A DNA stretch of 64,000 nt, from positions 373,426,001 through 373,490,000 of the forward strand of contig OZ024741.1 in the NCBI GenBank assembly GCA_964016885.1, read 5' to 3'. Under the pieces are notes generated by a model that was not told the origin of the DNA, did not search any database, and was given only the letters and a program-made list of their open reading frames with translations. Shown here in pieces: positions 45,298-59,955 of the stretch. A program made the position numbers and the translations under genes. The stretch comes from Eledone cirrhosa. Its lineage: Eukaryota. How positions within the stretch are numbered: the first letter of the stretch is position 1; each line of letters opens with the position of its first letter.

Positions 45298-45374
45298 CAA
45301 ATCCAGGAATGTCTTCTCCGGGCACTCAAGGACTCGTTACCTGGCACGGATAACATTGCTGTCCGTAGAGGCAT
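45298..45374 (-). CDS. PDE4: Probable first coding exon of a PDE4/dunce cAMP phosphodiesterase long isoform
   Basis: gccaaaATG; MPLRTAMLSVPGNESLSARRRHSWI+TG|gtaagt phase-2 donor; matches the RRHSWIC end of the unique first exon of vertebrate PDE4D3/PDE4B4; downstream exons not found in this window. Confidence 0.72.
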
Positions 45375-45905
45375 TTTGGCTTAGCTTGGGTCAGTAACAG
45401 TAACAAATCCACTCAGAAAAATGAAGGGGGGCTGGGGAGGGGGAGTTGAATAATATATTTTTCAATTTGTGCATGTAAAAGACCGCCTAATCTCAGTGAA
45501 ATTCTGAAATATGAGTAGTGGTCTAGTTTTGTGCAGGCAATCAATGCTTGGCAGCAGCAGCGGCAGCAGCAGTGGTAGCAGCAGCAGCAACAGCAGCAGC
45601 AATAACACTAGCTGCAGCAGCAGCAATACTAGCTGCAGCAGTAGTGCTTTGATGGATGCTGTAATTGTGCCCCATTCTCCTCTGGGTTAGTCTGCAATCC
45701 CATACCTCATTCACTCATTGATCCAATGGACCTGAATGAAGTGAACAAAGCAATCATTTGTCCATTATAGACAAAGTGAGTGTCACATGTGCTGAAAGCA
45801 TTCTGTGTGGCTGACATAGGACATTCAGATATTAAGATACTAATATATGTAGTATTCTCTCACAGTTGTGTCAGCCAATAGCCAACTACACTCTTAGTTG
45901 TTCCA
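45375..45905 (-). promoter_or_regulatory. Putative 5'UTR/promoter of that exon, with a (CTG)n tract
   Basis: Unique, TE-free sequence directly upstream of the ATG; interrupted CAG/CTG repeat at 45551-45645; CCAAT motif near 45875. Confidence 0.4.
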
Positions 45906-45939
45906 GTAGGTGTTTCGAAAATATATGATCAGTTTTATC

Positions 45940-45999
45940 ACATACACACATACACATACACATACTACATACATACACTTATACATACCACACTACAAC

Positions 46000-46068
<69 letters not shown>

Positions 46069-46707
46069 ACACTACAACACTTACATACATACATACACTT
46101 ATACATACCACACTGCAACATGTACATATATATACCACACTACAGCACATACATACACACATACATACCACACTGCAACATATACACATATACATACCAC
46201 ACTGCAACATGTACATATATATATACATACCACACTACAGCACATACATACATACATACCATACTACAGCACATACACACATACATACCACACTGCAACA
46301 TATACACATATACATACCACACTGCAACATGTACATATATATATACATACCACACTACAGCACATACATACATACATACCATACTACAGCACATACACAC
46401 ATACATACCACACTGCAACATATACACATATACATACCACACTGCAACATGTACATATATATATACATACCACACTACAGCACATACATACATACATACC
46501 ATACTACAGCACATACATACATACATACCATACTACAACATACATACATACATACATACATACATACATACATACATACCATACTACAACACTTACATAC
46601 ATACACACATATACATACCACACTATAACATATATATATACCACACTACAGCACATACATACCATACTACAACACTTACATACATACACACATATACATA
46701 CCACACT

Positions 46708-46773
<66 letters not shown>

Positions 46774-48830
46774 ACACTACAGCACATACATATATACTAT
46801 ACCCTATATATACACATACCACACTACACCACATACCACACAACACCACATACCACACTACACCACATACATACCACACTACACCACATACATACCACAC
46901 ATACACATACATACACACACATACACACACATACATACCACACCACATACCCACACATACATACACACATATACATACAACACTACATCACATACACACA
47001 CATACACACACACTGCACTACACCAAATACCCCCCACACACACACACTATACCACATACATATAAACACACACACATATATATACAGACCACTCTACACA
47101 CAGACACACCTCTTTGCATAGTCATACATCTCCACTCACACAAACACACACACATATTACACCACACACACTACATCACCACACACACATACACATACTA
47201 GACTAGACCATAAACACCACATACACACTAAGACACACACAAATTTACCACACCTCACATATTCACATGCCGCACCCACTATACCCACCATGTCACACAC
47301 ACTCACATACATCCCCCCCCCCACTATGTGCACATACTTCATACACAACACCACACACATAGCGTCACATACACACACATACCACATTATGGACACACAC
47401 ACACACACCCTATATACAACACATACACACCCTATATACAACACACACACATAGCGTCACATACACATACATACATACACATACCACATTATGGACATAC
47501 ACATACACACCATATATACAACACACACACACATATATGCTTATATATACCTCACCACACCTTCATATATACACATCATACACTACACCACACACACCAC
47601 AGACATACACATATACACACTACATATACACACTACATATACTATGTGTACATTACACATACATCACACCACCTAACTCACTACACACACACATCTACTA
47701 TACCATACACACACATACAACACTACACACAACTCACTACATACATATACACCTTATACATACCTACACTAAATTCATACACCTATCACATCACACATAC
47801 ATACACACATACACAGACAACACTTTACACAGACAACACTTTACACAGACAACACTTTACACAGACAACATATTACACAGACAACACATTACACAGGTAA
47901 CACATTACATAGACAACACATTACACAGGCAACACATTACACAGACAACACTTTATACAGACAACACATTACACAGGCAACACATTACACAGACAACACT
48001 TTACACAGACAACACATTACACAGGCAACACTTTACACAGACAACACATTACACACAACACATTACACAGGCAACACATTACACAGACAACACTTTACAC
48101 AGACAACACATTACACAGACAACACTTTACACAGACAACACATTACACAGACAACACATTACACAGGCAACACATTACACAGACAACACATTACACAGAC
48201 AACACATTACACAGACAACACATTACACAGACAACACATTACACAGGCAACACATTACACAGACAACACATTACACAGACAACACTTTACACAGACAACA
48301 CATTACACAGACAACACATTACACAGGCAACACATTACACAGACAACACTTTACACAGACAACACATTACACAGACAACACATTACACAGACAACACATT
48401 ACACAGACAACACATTACACAGACACATTATACAGACAACACATTACACAGACAACACATTACACAGGCAACACATTACACAGACAACGCATTACACAGG
48501 CAACACATTACACAGACAACACATTACACAGACAACATATTACACAGACAACACTTTACAGACATTACACAGACACATTACACAAACTACATTGCACATA
48601 TATACGCATTATACCTACTACATGCGCGTATACCTACCACATTACTACACACCATGTGCACATACACCCTACCACCTATCCACACACACACACCTACTAT
48701 ATCATGTATATGCACATTTCCCAAACTACACTACACATATATATACACACTACACATACTACTCTACAAGCACAACAGACTGCTCCACATACACACACAC
48801 ACCTACCACATGACGCATACACACTCTCCA
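45940..48830. repeat. CA-rich low-complexity block with a 120-bp tandem (about 46140-46520) and a 16-bp minisatellite (47811-48585)
   Basis: Identical lines at 46201/46321/46441; unit acagacaacac(a/t)ttac. Confidence 0.92.
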
Positions 48831-49069
48831 CACTCCACGCTGAATATTATTTTCAAGTATAGCTTTTGGTCTGGGGTGGAGGAGGGTGCAGGTGAACACA
48901 CGTATATGTTCATATCTCTATGTATGTGTATGAGCATATAACTATGAAGGTGTATGTATGCATGTATGTGTATATGCGTATGTGTTTATATGTATGTATG
49001 TGCACACGTGAGAGAGAAGTGATAGGTATATATCACTGTCTTTCTCATGAGAGAGAGAGTGGATGAAAA

Positions 49070-50185
<1,116 letters not shown>

Positions 50186-50464
50186 CAGTTACTAATATTT
50201 CTATACTACACAACTGTTGATATTGGGTAAATCTCTACACATTTGTCTCAGTTGAGACAAGGTATGGCGTGTTTCACTACAGCCACATAATCCCAATAAT
50301 AATAATAATGATTTCTTTATTTGCCAGAAGGGCAGCGTTGGAAGTGTCATTATAAAGACAAGTTACAACATAAAGGTGAGGGTTTATACAGAAATGAGGC
50401 ACGGGGGGGGGGGGGTAACCTGTATACATAGCATACTAATTATAGAAGACATTCAGTCCTAATT

Positions 50465-51830
50465 GAATTGGCAGAATTGTTAACACGTCAGATAGAATGC
50501 TTTACGTTATTCATCTCACCTCATTGTGTGCTCCGAGTTCAAATCCCGCTGAGGTCAATTTTGCCTTTCATCCTTTCGAGGTTGATAGAAAAAGTACCAG
50601 TCTAGTACTGGGGTCGATTCTTCCTCTATAGAAATAATCAGTTGTGTTCAGACCTGGAGGGGGTTGGGCTCCACCAGGTTTAAATGTGTCCTAGACATGC
50701 CACATGGCGATGCCTCTACAATTCCACAAGGAGTTATGGAATCTTTACCCTTTATCCGTCCTAATAATTGTTTCTACTTTTGACACAAGGCCAGCAATGA
50801 CCTCAGTGCATTACTGGTGCCTTATTTTATCGACCCTGTAAGGATGAAAGCAAAGTTAACCTCAGCGGGATATGAATTCAGATGGTAAAGGTCCATAACT
50901 ATGCTATGGCATCCGAACCTCTACCAATACTGCCAATCCACCACCCTAATATCGTTACAAAGCCAAAAACTCGTGGGAAGAGGGGAATTGAGTAAATTGA
51001 CCCCAGTGTGTTACTGGTAGTTTAGTTTATGGCCTTTAAATGGCTGAAAGGCAAAGCTAAGCTTGGCGGGATTTGAACTCACAACGTAAAGGGACATAAC
51101 TAAATACTGTAAAGCATTTTATCCGATGCTCTACCGATAATTTTTAATTTAGGCACAAGGATAGGAATTCGTGGGTAGGGAGGAATTGATTAAATTGTCC
51201 CCAATGCATTACTGGTAGTTTAGTTTATCGCCATCAAATGGATGAAAGGTAAAGCTAACCTTAGCAGGATTTGAAGTCAGAACATAAAGGGATGTAACTA
51301 TATGCTGCAAAGCATGTTGTCTCACACTACCAATACTGCCAATCCACTGCCCTAATAATAATAATGGGTTCTGATTTAGGCACAACAAGGCCAGCAATTT
51401 GTGGCGAGAGGGAAAATTGCTTAAATAAACCCTGTTACTTAACTAATACTATATTTTATTGACATCGAAAGGATGAAAGATAAAGTAGACATCGACGAGA
51501 TTTGAGCTCAGAATGTAAAAAGGTCCAAACCAAATACCACAAAGAATTGTCCAATACTTTAATGATTCTTCTATTAATTCACCAAACAAATAACAACAAT
51601 TATGAAGATTTCTAATTTAGGCCACAAGGCCAGCAATAATAGTTTCTGATTTAGGCATAAGGCCAGCAATAATGCTTTCTGATTTAGGCACAATACCAAC
51701 AATTTAAGGGGGGGGGGGGGGCAAATCGATTAAATTTACCATAGTGCATTACTGATACTTTTTTTATCGATGTAAGGAAGAAAGGCAAAGTTAACTTAAG
51801 CAGGATTTGAACTCAATGCCAGCAATTATA
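50465..51830. mobile_element. Cluster of about 6 SINEs of the 2454 family (one +, five - head-to-tail)
   Basis: Repeated ggcacaaggccagcaat...attactggt...ggatgaaaggcaaag..aacct..gcgggatttgaactcag. Confidence 0.85.
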
Positions 51831-52603
51831 ATAATAATGATACATTGATTATGAGATCTCATTGATATTGCATAAAATTACTGAATTTAAATTATATTAT
51901 CCTACATAATTGAATAATAAAAGGAAAAAGAATTAAAGCTGTTCTATAAAAAACAAAAGTTAAAAAGAAATAAAATATAAATTATTCTATAAAATTGTTA
52001 ATTTTTATTGGTTATTTTTATAGGTGGTACAGCTAATTCAAACTGTTCCATACTGCTCTTTATTTTATTTTTATTCTATCTATTTTCTTTTCTTTGTTTT
52101 CTACATTTCTTGTCTGGCAATTTTAACATTATTTTATTTTTATTTTATTCAGTTTGTTTGTTTTTTTTTCATTTTAACATGCAAGGACAGTAATAAGCTA
52201 AAGCCAATCTTTTGACATCTATCAGATAAGTTAAAAGTCAAATCATTTTCCAAAGGTTTTTTTTTTTTGTTATTTGTCTTTGTTCCAACATAATACTGAT
52301 GCAGTTTTATTGATAGAGAGAAAGCTGATAATCTAAATTTAGCCTGGAGTGCCATAACATTCCAGTAGTTGAGCTGACCATTACCTGGTAGTAAATGATA
52401 CTGTTATGCACCTCAAGCCTAAAAAATTGTTTACTTCTCCACACTGCACCTTTTTCTGTTGCTAACAAAACAACATGTCCTGAGGTATACTGGACATACG
52501 GTATTTATTCTTTTATTGGTTGTAAACACAAACACATATGCGTATGTATATATATACATATATATATATACACACACACACACATATAGATATATATATA
52601 TAT

Positions 52604-52672
<69 letters not shown>

Positions 52673-52695
52673 CACACACACACACATATATATAT

Positions 52696-52732
<37 letters not shown>

Positions 52733-52773
52733 CATATATACACACATATATATATATATATATATACATATAT

Positions 52774-52808
<35 letters not shown>

Positions 52809-52815
52809 CATATAT

Positions 52816-52857
<42 letters not shown>

Positions 52858-53143
52858 AAGGTATATATTGAGTTAGGAACTCAAAATAGTGTCTTACAAT
52901 AAAATTAACTTTGCGAAACAACAACAAGTTGTCTAGGTAATTGGTAGTTACCACAATTCCGGTTTGTATTTATTTTCTTATTGAGACAAGGGAACCCAAT
53001 TGTCTATAGTTAGGATTCTTTTACCCTTAGCGAATCAGGTCCCTTACGATTTGAACACATATATGTGTATGTCTGTGTTCGCTTTTCTTTTATATTCTGT
53101 TATAATACATAACATATATATATGCATATATATATATACATAT

Positions 53144-53174
<31 letters not shown>

Positions 53175-53296
53175 GATATACATATACAAATATACATACA
53201 TATATATATACATATACATACATATATATATATACATATACATACATATATATATACATATACATACATATATATATATATACATATACATACACT

Positions 53297-54003
53297 ATAT
53301 AATATACGTGAACGGCAAAGCATAAACGAACTAAGGAAAAAATTAGAAATAAGAGGGATCAGATGTTGTTTACTCGAGAGAAGGCTACGTTGGTATGGAC
53401 ACGTGATGCGCATGAAAGTCGATAGCTGTATAACAGAGTGCAGGACAATAAAGATAGACGGTAGCCAAGGAATAGGCAGACCTAGAAAAACCTGGGACGA
53501 GCTGATAAACTCCGACCTCACACACTTACACCTCTCCAAGACAATGTCACTGGACCGAGACCTTTAGCGGTACTCAGTAACAGAGAAGACCCGCCTTACC
53601 TAAATACAAAGTAAAACCTACTACAGCCAGTAGGCATCTCTAACAAAATACACCCCGTCCCACCACCACCACCCCCACTCCATCCACACCACCCCGTTCT
53701 ATGTAAAAGTTATGTTGGTGCCGCGCCATCGAGGCCGAAACAAATGAGATCGTGTAGGTGTCACGACAAAAAAACACACAGTCCACGCTGTAATGTGGCC
53801 GTGTAGGCAACACGGTAAAAACCTCCCAGACCCACACTGTAAATGTGGTTGGTGTTAGGAAGGGCATCCAACTGTAGAAAACCTGCCAGACTGTCCTATG
53901 CGAGCAAGACAATCACTCTTGCCTCAAGTGGGAAAACCCCCGTCCAAACCCATGCAAGCGTGGAACACGGACGTTAAACGTTGATGATGATGATGATGAT
54001 GAT
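53297..54003 (+). mobile_element. RTE family A 3' fragment
   Basis: [11 protein letters not shown]...RLRWYGHV; 3'UTR; (GAT)n tail. Confidence 0.92.
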
Positions 54004-54011
54004 ACACATAC

Positions 54012-54044
<33 letters not shown>

Positions 54045-54061
54045 CATACATATACACATAC

Positions 54062-54100
<39 letters not shown>

Positions 54101-54144
54101 CATACATATACACATACATATATATATATATACATACACATACA

Positions 54145-54185
<41 letters not shown>

Positions 54186-54192
54186 GTATACA

Positions 54193-54230
<38 letters not shown>

Positions 54231-54239
54231 CATATATAT

Positions 54240-54270
<31 letters not shown>

Positions 54271-54540
54271 CATACATATATATATATATATACATACATA
54301 TATATATATACATACATACATACATATATATATATATACATACATATATACTTGGGGAGGGTCATATTTGTGTAATATTGCCAGAATTAATAACAGAACA
54401 TACTCACTCTTTGGTTGGTTCTCGCTTCTCGCTTCTGTGTCTTTTATATCGGTAATCTAACTTACTCAGTCCTCAATGTTGCCATTGACTGACCGACGGT
54501 CAAAAATAATACAGATACTATATAGACACAAACACATATA

Positions 54541-54596
54541 TATAGTTTATCATAAATCTTTCGTTGCACATCTGCAACATCGTCAGTGGTGCTATA
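54541..54596 (-). ncRNA. Type I hammerhead in the Penelope 3' region
   Basis: tatagcacca-CTGACGA-t-gttgca-gatg-tgcaac-GAAA-gat-TTA-tgataaactata. Confidence 0.7.
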
Positions 54597-54801
54597 TTTT
54601 CCTCCTGTTGTATTGTATGTCTACGCCATTTTTATTCAGTCTGTCTATATATTTATTTATTTATTTGCTTGTTTGTTTATTTTATTTTTTGCGCATGCGT
54701 TTGCGTGTGTGTAGAGTGTTTTGTTTGCTGTGTGATGGGTGACTAGTGTGTGTTTATGTGCTTGTATTTATTTATTTATTTATTTTATTTTATTTACTTA
54801 T

Positions 54802-55356
54802 TTATACTTCTCTTAGGTCACTGTTGTTTGTTTTGGTGTTGTTGTTATTCCATTCATTCTTTCTGTTTAGCCTTGGTCTTCTAATTTCTATTTCACTGGC
54901 CTCTCTGATTTGCCTATCTGCTGGGTCATTTCTATGTTTAGATATTATTCTAATTTCTATGTTGTCTATGTTACCGTCATGTTGTTGTCTAGCAAGTTCG
55001 TATAGTACTGACCCGTTTTTTCGTCCTTTTAGTTCCCCCCAGTGTTGGTCTATCCTTTCACCTATGCTACGAGCTGTCTCACCTATGTATGTTGTTGTCA
55101 TGTTTCTGCAAGTACGCTCTGTACATCTTATGCTATAGACTACGTTTCTAGTTTTACAGTTTATCTGGAGGTTCACCTTACATATGATACATTTCCTATT
55201 GGTACAGTGGGGTTTCTTAAAAGGGTAGGTTTTGCTGATCAGGGATTTTATGGTGGTTCCTGGCTTTTCTACCACCTTTATTTTTAAGTGGGTCTTTCTC
55301 AGGGCCTTTCTACACTGGTTAGCTAATTTCCCTCCAGGGGTAGCGTCCACAAACAT
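54802..55356 (-). pseudogene. 5'-truncated Penelope GIY-YIG endonuclease domain
   Basis: CTNRKCIIC..CKTRNVVYSIRC...YIGETARSIGERIDQH...REASEI..RPRLN; Cys-rich linker before VVY-YIG. Confidence 0.88.
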
Positions 55357-55459
55357 GACACTCTGGTATCTTATACTTCTCCATGGCTCCTTCGTATATA
55401 CATATATTTATATACATATATATATATATACATATATATATATACATATATTTATATAC

Positions 55460-55542
<83 letters not shown>

Positions 55543-55543
55543 C

Positions 55544-55576
<33 letters not shown>

Positions 55577-55614
55577 GATGTGAGAAAAACCACAGACCCT
55601 CCATCTCAACTCTA

Positions 55615-55650
55615 CTTTTGAAAAGCAGAAGAACTGCGAAACCGGTAAAG
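55615..55650 (+). ncRNA. Minimal type I hammerhead, U3-A8 variant
   Basis: ctt-TTGAAAA-gcag-aagaa-ctgc-GAAA-ccg-GTA-aag; palindromic stem III ACCGGT. Confidence 0.68.
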
Positions 55651-55923
55651 GAACCAAATAAATATATATATATTTTTTTTTTAAATAAGACTCCAGTTGC
55701 ATTTTCGATTTCATCTCTTTTTCTTTATACATTCACTCGTGTAGGACACCTCGGTTATTTTTCATTTTGTAAAAAAAACTCACTTTCTAATACATATATA
55801 TATATATATACACATATACATATATATATATATACATATATATACATTTATGTATATACATATATATATATATACATATATATATTTATATACATATATA
55901 TATACATATATATATTTATATAC

Positions 55924-55972
<49 letters not shown>

Positions 55973-56019
55973 CATATACACATATACATATATATACATA
56001 TACATATATATACATATAC

Positions 56020-56412
56020 ATCATCATCATCATCATCATCATCAGGTTTAGCGTCCGTGTTCCACGCTTGCATGGGTTTGGACGGGGGTTTTCCCACTTG
56101 AGGCAAGAGTGGTTGTCTTGCTCGCATAGGACTGTCTGGCGGGTTTTCTACAGTTGGATGCCCTTCCTAACACCAACCACATTTACAGTGTGAGGCTGGG
56201 AGGTTTTTACCGTGTTGCCTACACGGCCACATTACAGCGTGGACTGTCTGGCAGGTTTTCTACAGCTGGATGCCCTTCCTAACACCAACCACATTTACAG
56301 TGTGGGGCTGGGAGGTTTTTACCGTGTTGCCTACACGGCCACATTTACAGCGTGGACTGTGTGTTTTTTTGTCGTGACACCTACACGATCTCATTTGTTT
56401 CGGCCTGGATGT
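56020..56412 (-). mobile_element. RTE family A 3'UTR-only copy with internal about 113-bp duplication
   Basis: ggactgtctggc...ttacagcgt occurs twice; similar copy at 59197-59510. Confidence 0.85.
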
Positions 56413-56764
56413 TATATATACATATACATATATATACATATACATATATATACATATATATATATTTACATATATATATACATATACATATATATATACA
56501 TATATATATACATATATATACACATACACATATATATATATATCTACATACATATATATACATATATATATATATCTACATATATATATATATCTACATA
56601 TATATATATATATCTACATATATATATATATCTACATACATTTATATATCTACATACATATATAAATCTACATACATATATATATATATACATATATATA
56701 TACATATATATATATTTATACATATATATTTATATACATACATATACATATACATACATATATA

Positions 56765-56942
56765 TATATCTATCTATCTATCTAAGGCGGGGAAAATTCC
56801 TGAGATCCATGGACGAGTTCCCTCCAGCGGTCTCTGTCCCTCATTATCGCTGCCATGTCCTGCGTCTCCAACAGACCAGTGTCTGACCTTAGGGCATCAA
56901 CATACGTCAACCTTGGTCTTCCTCTTCCAGTGTGTCCATGTA
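56765..56942 (-). mobile_element. 3' end of a fourth RTE-like LINE family (D) with (TAGA)n tail
   Basis: [23 protein letters not shown]...[11 protein letters not shown]. Confidence 0.8.
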
Positions 56943-56985
56943 TACATATATATACATATACATATATATACATATATATATATGA

Positions 56986-57487
56986 ATTGAAATTTCCGTT
57001 GAAAACAGAAAAGGTCATAGAAGTGAAGAGTGCTCTATGTAAATACCCGCAAAGAGTAAAAGATATGACCGCCTTTGAATTACTTACATAGAGCACTCTT
57101 CACTTCTATGACCTTTTCTGTTTTCAACGGAAATTTCAATACTTATACAGCTCCCAAGGGAATGATCGCAGCATATTCTACATCTTTATGAGATTGGCAC
57201 CTTCCAGCCCTTTTAAAGTCGAGCACTCTTCAGTCATAGGATTTTAAACCAATACTGAACATGGATAGATACCCTTTGGACTACTCTGTAAAGAATATCC
57301 CAACACCTTCTAACACTCTCTACACGAAAATACTGATAGACAAAGTAGAGAAGGTTGTTAAAAGAATGAGATGGAAAGCTTTGATTCTCGATGGACAATT
57401 TAACACGGATTCTACGGAATATTTTGACATCAAAACTCATAAATACCCGCAAAGAGTAAAAGATATAACCGCCTTTGAATTAACTTG
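56986..57487 (+). mobile_element. Penelope-like 5' fragment with terminal inversion and 400-bp spaced direct repeat
   Basis: ORF 57261-57488 YSVKNIPTPS..LIDKVEKVVKRMRWKA resembles PLE ORF N-termini; 57-bp inverted repeat 56986-57042/57084-57140. Confidence 0.6.
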
Positions 57488-57583
57488 AAAGATTATTATA
57501 TATTTCATATTCTAATTCATTTGTCTATATCTTTTTTTTGATTTTCTTGACGAGATTTTCCAAGTATTTACCCATGTTTTATA

Positions 57584-57660
57584 TTGCCTCGTCTGACGAA
57601 CGAATGAAGACGCTTCTTTCATATGCATCCTCATTCGGGAAACCTCTGGTAATGAGGTAA
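57584..57660 (+). ncRNA. Type I hammerhead ribozyme
   Basis: ttgcctcgt-CTGACGA-a-cgaatga...tcattcg-g-GAAA-cc-tct-g-GTA-atgaggtaa; 9-bp stem I, 7-bp stem II, 3-bp stem III; predicted cleavage after 57651. Confidence 0.82.
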
Positions 57661-57698
57661 TTATATTGTATTGATTTTTATACATTACATATATATAT

Positions 57699-57736
<38 letters not shown>

Positions 57737-57742
57737 ATATAT

Positions 57743-57780
<38 letters not shown>

Positions 57781-57804
57781 ATATACATATATACATATAT
57801 ATAC

Positions 57805-57950
57805 AAAAAAGCACCCAGCACTCAGTGTAAATGAGGTTGGTGTTAGGAAGAGCATCCAGCTGTAGAAATCAAGCCGGAATCAGTTCCCGTTCCACCTCTG
57901 CAAGCAGGGAAAAAGCGGACGTAAAATGAAATGATGATGAAAATGATGAA
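57805..57950 (+). mobile_element. 3' fragment of the RTE-tailed SINE
   Basis: Matches 29160-29295. Confidence 0.8.
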
Positions 57951-58073
57951 TGATACATATATATACATATATATACATATATACATATATATATATACAT
58001 ATATATACATACATACATATATATAAATATATACATATATATACATACATACATATATATACATACATACACA

Positions 58074-58105
<32 letters not shown>

Positions 58106-58116
58106 CATATATATAC

Positions 58117-58147
<31 letters not shown>

Positions 58148-58158
58148 CATATATATAC

Positions 58159-58189
<31 letters not shown>

Positions 58190-58388
58190 CATACATATAC
58201 ATATATATACATATATACATATATATACATATATATATACATATATATACATACATACATATATATACATATATATATATATATATACATATATATACAT
58301 ATATATACATAAATATATATATACATATATATATACATATATATACATATATATATATATACATATATATACATATATATATATATAC

Positions 58389-58421
<33 letters not shown>

Positions 58422-58646
58422 CATATATATACATATATATATACATATATATACATATATATACATATATATATATACATATATATATACATATATATAT
58501 ACATATATATATAAACATATATATACATATATAGATATATACATATATATACATATATATATATATACATATATATACATATATATATATATATATACAT
58601 ATATATACATATATATATACATATATATACATATATATATATATAC

Positions 58647-58687
<41 letters not shown>

Positions 58688-58702
58688 TACATATATATAT
58701 AC

Positions 58703-58733
<31 letters not shown>

Positions 58734-58750
58734 CACATATATATATATAT

Positions 58751-58789
<39 letters not shown>

Positions 58790-58812
58790 TATATACACAT
58801 ATATATATATAT

Positions 58813-58843
<31 letters not shown>

Positions 58844-58862
58844 AACACATATATATATATAT

Positions 58863-58903
<41 letters not shown>

Positions 58904-58932
58904 TACATATATAAACACATATATATATATAT

Positions 58933-58969
<37 letters not shown>

Positions 58970-59046
58970 CATATATACATATATATATACACATATATAT
59001 ATATATATATACATATATACATATATACATATATATATATATATAC

Positions 59047-59099
<53 letters not shown>

Positions 59100-59154
59100 C
59101 ATATATACATATATACATACATATATATATATATATATATACATATATACATAT

Positions 59155-59185
<31 letters not shown>

Positions 59186-59196
59186 CATATATGTAT
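57951..59196. repeat. (TA)n/(TACA) microsatellite
   Basis: Direct inspection. Confidence 0.95.
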
Positions 59197-59641
59197 ATCA
59201 TCATCATCATCATCATCAACGTTTAACGTCCGTGTTCCACGCTTGCATGGGTTTGGACGGGGGTAGTCCCACTTGAGGCAAGAGTGATTGTCTTGCTCGC
59301 ATAGGACTGTCTGGCAGGTTTTCTACAGTTGGATGCCCTTCCTAACACCAACCACATTTACAGTGTGGGTCTGGGAGGTTTTTACCGTGTTGCCTACACG
59401 GCCACATTACAGCGTGGACTGTGTGTGTTTTTTTTTTGTCGTGACACCTACACGATCTCATTTGTTTCGGCCTATGGCGCGGCACCAACATAACTTTACA
59501 TAGAACGGGGTTAACACCGTATGGCATAAATTCAGGCTGTTCTGTTTGTTGACAAACAAACGAACAAAGCTGCGTTATAATAAACGTCGGCTAAACTGAT
59601 GCGTGCATATATGTATGTGTACCTGTATGAATATATGTATA

Positions 59642-59715
<74 letters not shown>

Positions 59716-59924
59716 TGCTACTGTACGTCTGTATACATATATGTATGTACGTATACATACATACTTACATTTAAGTAAGTGCCATACTAAGAGTGAGAAA
59801 TGAAATTTCGTTTTCATTTTTTTTCAACTTATATACATATACATATATATATATACATATATATATATACATATATATATATACATATATATACATATAT
59901 ATATATATACATATATATATATAC

Positions 59925-59955
<31 letters not shown>

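Larger units (their letters stand above)
54348..55395 (-). mobile_element. Penelope-like element 3' portion
   Basis: GIY-YIG ORF, 3'UTR, hammerhead and terminal segment shared with 18890-19031; TA microsatellite flanks. Confidence 0.85.

Noticed and set aside
47537-48862. 441-aa repetitive ORF (TDNTLHRQHITQ)n
   Set aside because: Product of a 16-bp minisatellite whose unit is not a multiple of 3; no splice or codon evidence
57100-57240. Minus-strand ctatga-CTGAAGA...GAAAAGGTCATAG hammerhead-like
   Set aside because: Stem I register leaves no NUH triplet and no stem II partner for gtgctc
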